Assembly (NCBI GenBank): GCA_963778115.1
Contig: CAVZSV010000004.1
Coordinates: 1,824,001 to 1,888,000 of the forward strand
Source: an uncultured delta proteobacterium
GTDB lineage: Bacteria > Bdellovibrionota > FAC87 > UBA2466
Direction of reading: 5' to 3'
DNA: 64,000 nt
Shown: positions 60,686-64,000 of the stretch, piece by piece
Layout: each line of letters begins with the position of its first letter
Position numbering within the stretch: the first letter of the stretch is position 1
The notes under the pieces: model-generated
What the model was told of the DNA's origin: nothing
What the model saw: the letters and a program-made list of their open reading frames with translations, nothing else
Databases searched by the model: none
Translations under genes and position numbers: made by a program

Positions 60686-61860
60686 CCTTCGAAGGCGGGA
60701 ATTCCAGTAATCTGATTTCCCAAAACCAAGAGATGGATATCGTTCGTTCCCTCGTAGGTATAGACCGTCTCCAAATTCGCGAGGTGGCGCATGACTCGAT
60801 ACTCATCCATAATGCCGTTAGCGCCCAAAATATCCCGCGCGGTTCTGGCCGTCTGTAATGCCATTTCGACATTCGCCTGTTTTCCCAAACTGACGTGGGT
60901 GTGATGCAGCTGCCCCTGCGCTTTCAGCTGTCCGATTCTAAGAGCGAGTAACTGACCTTTCGTAATCTCACTCGCCATGATGGCAAGTTTTCGCTGAACG
61001 AGTTGAAACCCGGCTAGTGGTTTGCCAAAGACGATGCGTTCTTTGGCAAAAGCCAAGGCTTCATCGAAGCAGCTTTCGGCAGCCCCCAACGCTCCCCACA
61101 AAATGCTGTAGCGGGCTTGATTCAGACACTGCAACGCCGACTTTAAGCCTTCGGATCCGGGTAGCACCGCCTCTTTGGGAAGTTTAACGTGGTCAAAATA
61201 CAGCTCCGAGGTTGCCGAAGCCCTGAGCGAAAGTTTCCCTTTCATTCGAGTCGCACGAAATCCCGGCGTCTTTGTAGGAACTAAGAACCCTCGAATCCCA
61301 TTGGCCGTCTTAGCCCAAACCACAGCGACATCCGCAATGTCCCCATTAGTGATCCACATCTTAGATCCCTGTAGCACCCAATGATCGCCTTTATCTTCAG
61401 CTTTTGTCTTCATCGCCCCCGGATCGGATCCTCCCTCCGACTCCGTAAGGCCGAAACATCCTATGGCGGTACCGGCTCCCAGTTTACTAAGCCATTCCCT
61501 TTTCTGTTCTACCGAACCAAAAGAGGAGATGGGATACATCACCAGCCCCCCTTGAACGGACGAGAAACTTCGCAATCCCGAATCACATCGTTCCAGCTCG
61601 CGCATCATTAACCCATAGCAAATGGGATCCACAGGCGGATTGGCCATCCCCTCGATGGTAGATCCCAATAGTCCCATTGCTCCCATCTTCGGAATGGCCT
61701 CAACTGGAAACTCTTCATTGCGATAAGCGAGCCGAATTTTCGGTTCCATCTCTCGTTGGATGAACTCGCGGACCGTTCTCATGACGAGTCGCTGTTCGTC
61801 AGTCAGGGTTGAATTTAAAAGTAACAGGTCAGGATAGGAAGTGATATGGGGAGCTGACAC
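60682..61860 (-). CDS. Acyl-CoA dehydrogenase (glutaryl-CoA dehydrogenase-like)
   Basis: ELERCDSGLRS..SVQ, GCFGLTE..GSDP, TYEGT.DIH. Confidence 0.92.
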   Translation of the reverse strand: MSAPHITSYPDLLLLNSTLTDEQRLVMRTVREFIQREMEPKIRLAYRNEEFPVEAIPKMGAMGLLGSTIEGMANPPVDPICYGLMMRELERCDSGLRSFSSVQGGLVMYPISSFGSVEQKREWLSKLGAGTAIGCFGLTESEGGSDPGAMKTKAEDKGDHWVLQGSKMWITNGDIADVAVVWAKTANGIRGFLVPTKTPGFRATRMKGKLSLRASATSELYFDHVKLPKEAVLPGSEGLKSALQCLNQARYSILWGALGAAESCFDEALAFAKERIVFGKPLAGFQLVQRKLAIMASEITKGQLLALRIGQLKAQGQLHHTHVSLGKQANVEMALQTARTARDILGANGIMDEYRVMRHLANLETVYTYEGTNDIHLLVLGNQITGIPAFEG

Positions 61861-61981
61861 GACAATCTCCTAGATAGGGTCCCGTTGACGGGAATGGCAG
61901 AAATGTAATGGGGAGACCACCCGAACGGAAGCCTTTTCTCGAGCTATTGCCACTCCCTATACACGATGGCATTATCGGCCG

Positions 61982-64000
61982 GTGAACTTTGAGTCTTGGT
62001 TTCAATCATCCCATCCCGGCATTCCCCTGCAAGGAGTCATTGCCGTCTTAAAACTTGCCGCGGAAGAAGCGACCGTTCCTTTCATTGCCCGTTATCGAAA
62101 AGAGCAGACCGGTAATCTAGATGAAGTCGCTATCCAAGAAATTTTGGACGCCAAGGGTCAATGGGAAGAGATTATCAAACGACAGGCCTTTATCCTGAGT
62201 GAGATAGAAGCGCAGCAGAAGCTAACCCCGGAACTGAAGGAAAAGATTTCTACTTCCTTCCAGATGGATGTTTTGGAGGATCTCTATCTGCCGTACAAAC
62301 GAAAGCGAAAGAGCAAAGCTTCTCTCGCTAAAGAAGCGGGACTCCAGGGACTTGCCGACTGGATCTGGAACTGTGGCCATGGCACGGAAGTCCCTCAGCC
62401 AGGGCAGACACTGGAACTCTGGGCCTTCACTTTTCGGAACGAAGAGAAGGGATTCAAAGACGCGGAAACTGCCATCTCGGGTGCTCAAGACATTCTGATC
62501 GAGCGGTTATCCGAAAATTTGCAATTGCGACAATTAGTCCGCGATAAAGTTTTTAAGACGGGGTGCCTCGTCAGCCAAAAAGGCGAAGCCGCCAAACCCA
62601 ATAGTAAGTACGAAAAGTATTTCGACTATCGGGAACCCATCGAATCGTTAGCCCAGCCCCAAGCTTCTCACCGTTATCTGGCCATTCGTCGGGGGTGGGC
62701 GGAAAAAGAGCTTCTCATGACCGTCGGAGGAAAGGCTCCCAAAGACACACCCGAAGGAGAAACCTTCGAGGCGGATATGGTTTCGGCGTTCGAAAAAGAG
62801 GCGTGCACGACCCCTGATTCTCCAGGGAGCGCAGTTCTTCAGAAAGCGGCTCGAATAGCACTCAAAGCCCATGTCCTTCCCAGCATCGAAAACGAAGCCC
62901 ACAAAGCCATGAAAGAGGTTGCCGAGAGGGTAGCCGTTCAGGTCTTTGCTGAAAATTTGCGCACCCTTTTGCTTTCTCCCCCCTTCGGCCCTAAAGCGGT
63001 GCTCGGGGTTGACCCTGGAATTCGTACAGGGTGCAAACTAGCTGTGGTGGATGATTCGGGAAAATACATCGGAAGCACCGTTATCAAGTTGCAGACTGAC
63101 GAGGAAAAGACCGCGGCCAAAGCTGGCCTAGCCGAATTACTAAAGACGACTCCGCTTCGCGCCGTCGCGGTCGGCAACGGAACCGCAGGCCGCGAAACGG
63201 AGACCTTCTTTCGGGCGGCCGTCAAAGAGAGCGGCCTTTCGCTTCCCGTCGTCATGGTAAGTGAAGCCGGAGCGAGTGTTTACAGTGCCAGCGAAGCGGC
63301 CCGAGACGAATTTCCGGAATTGGATCTTACTATTCGAGGAGCCATCTCAATCGCTCGCAGACTTCAAGATCCTTTGGCCGAACTTGTGAAAGTGGATCCC
63401 AAAAGCATTGGCGTGGGTCAATACCAGCACGACGTAAATCCCAATTTATTAAAGAAGAGTCTCGAATCCGTTGTCGATTCTTGCGTCAATTCCGTGGGAG
63501 TCAATCTCAATACTGCCTCTTACCACTTACTTGCTCACGTGTCGGGAATAGGACCTGGCCTCGCAAAGACCCTCACCGAGCACCGAAATGAAAAGGGACT
63601 CTTTAAATCACGAGCCGACTTGCTTGCCGTCTCCCGCTTCTCCGGAAAGAGTTTCGAACAGGCGGCAGGATTTTTGCGGATTCCGGATTCCGAAAACCCT
63701 TTGGACAACACCGGAGTTCATCCGGAGAGATATCCATTACTCGAAGGCCTTGCTCAACGCCTCAATAAAAATGTGCGCGATTTGATGGGTTCCGGTGTGG
63801 AGGTGATCAAGGGCGATGCTAGCTTTAAAGAATTGGTCGGACAATTTACTTTCGAAGACATCGTAAAAGAGCTCGAGAAGCCCGGACGCGATCCTAGAGA
63901 AGAGTTTGTCCCCTTTCAGTTTCGTGATGATATTCACGAGATGAAAGACCTCCAATCCGGAATGGTCTGTCCTGGTATTGTCACGAACGTAACTAATTTC
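61982..64000 (+). CDS. tex: Tex-family RNA-binding transcriptional accessory protein (3' truncated by window)
   Basis: GTG start; TVPFIARYRKEQTGNLDE, LEDLYLPYK, GVDPGIRTGCK, ARRLQDPLAELVK, PGRDPR; no stop before the window end. Confidence 0.93.
   Translation, partial: MNFESWFQSSHPGIPLQGVIAVLKLAAEEATVPFIARYRKEQTGNLDEVAIQEILDAKGQWEEIIKRQAFILSEIEAQQKLTPELKEKISTSFQMDVLEDLYLPYKRKRKSKASLAKEAGLQGLADWIWNCGHGTEVPQPGQTLELWAFTFRNEEKGFKDAETAISGAQDILIERLSENLQLRQLVRDKVFKTGCLVSQKGEAAKPNSKYEKYFDYREPIESLAQPQASHRYLAIRRGWAEKELLMTVGGKAPKDTPEGETFEADMVSAFEKEACTTPDSPGSAVLQKAARIALKAHVLPSIENEAHKAMKEVAERVAVQVFAENLRTLLLSPPFGPKAVLGVDPGIRTGCKLAVVDDSGKYIGSTVIKLQTDEEKTAAKAGLAELLKTTPLRAVAVGNGTAGRETETFFRAAVKESGLSLPVVMVSEAGASVYSASEAARDEFPELDLTIRGAISIARRLQDPLAELVKVDPKSIGVGQYQHDVNPNLLKKSLESVVDSCVNSVGVNLNTASYHLLAHVSGIGPGLAKTLTEHRNEKGLFKSRADLLAVSRFSGKSFEQAAGFLRIPDSENPLDNTGVHPERYPLLEGLAQRLNKNVRDLMGSGVEVIKGDASFKELVGQFTFEDIVKELEKPGRDPREEFVPFQFRDDIHEMKDLQSGMVCPGIVTNVTNF

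Overview
Chromosomal window from a bacterium of roughly 50% GC. The many orphan secreted proteins, sigma-54 promoters and RRM protein suggest a Bdellovibrionota/deltaproteobacteria-like organism (inference only). The left ~25 kb is accessory. It carries secreted hypotheticals and proteases, and a tRNA-Ser(GGA) followed by an integrase-less patchwork of small gene cassettes bounded by two repeated modules (A and B), tRNA 3'-end relics and a decayed tRNA copy. It also holds a dispersed REPIN-like palindrome family (one copy interrupted by a frameshifted IS50-like IS4 element with a 9-bp TSD) and an isonitrile (IsnA/IsnB) biosynthetic cluster with a LysR regulator. The right ~39 kb is mostly housekeeping: two acyl-CoA dehydrogenases, a Tgt-MnmD-like fusion, ahpC with an Irr/PerR-like regulator, a thiolase, a DEAD-box helicase, glpD, an NrtR-associated NAD salvage operon ending in a NadD-NadK fusion, dppABCDF, greB and a partial tex. 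Several single-base frameshifts could be sequencing errors. All product calls come from motif recognition by eye, with no database searches.
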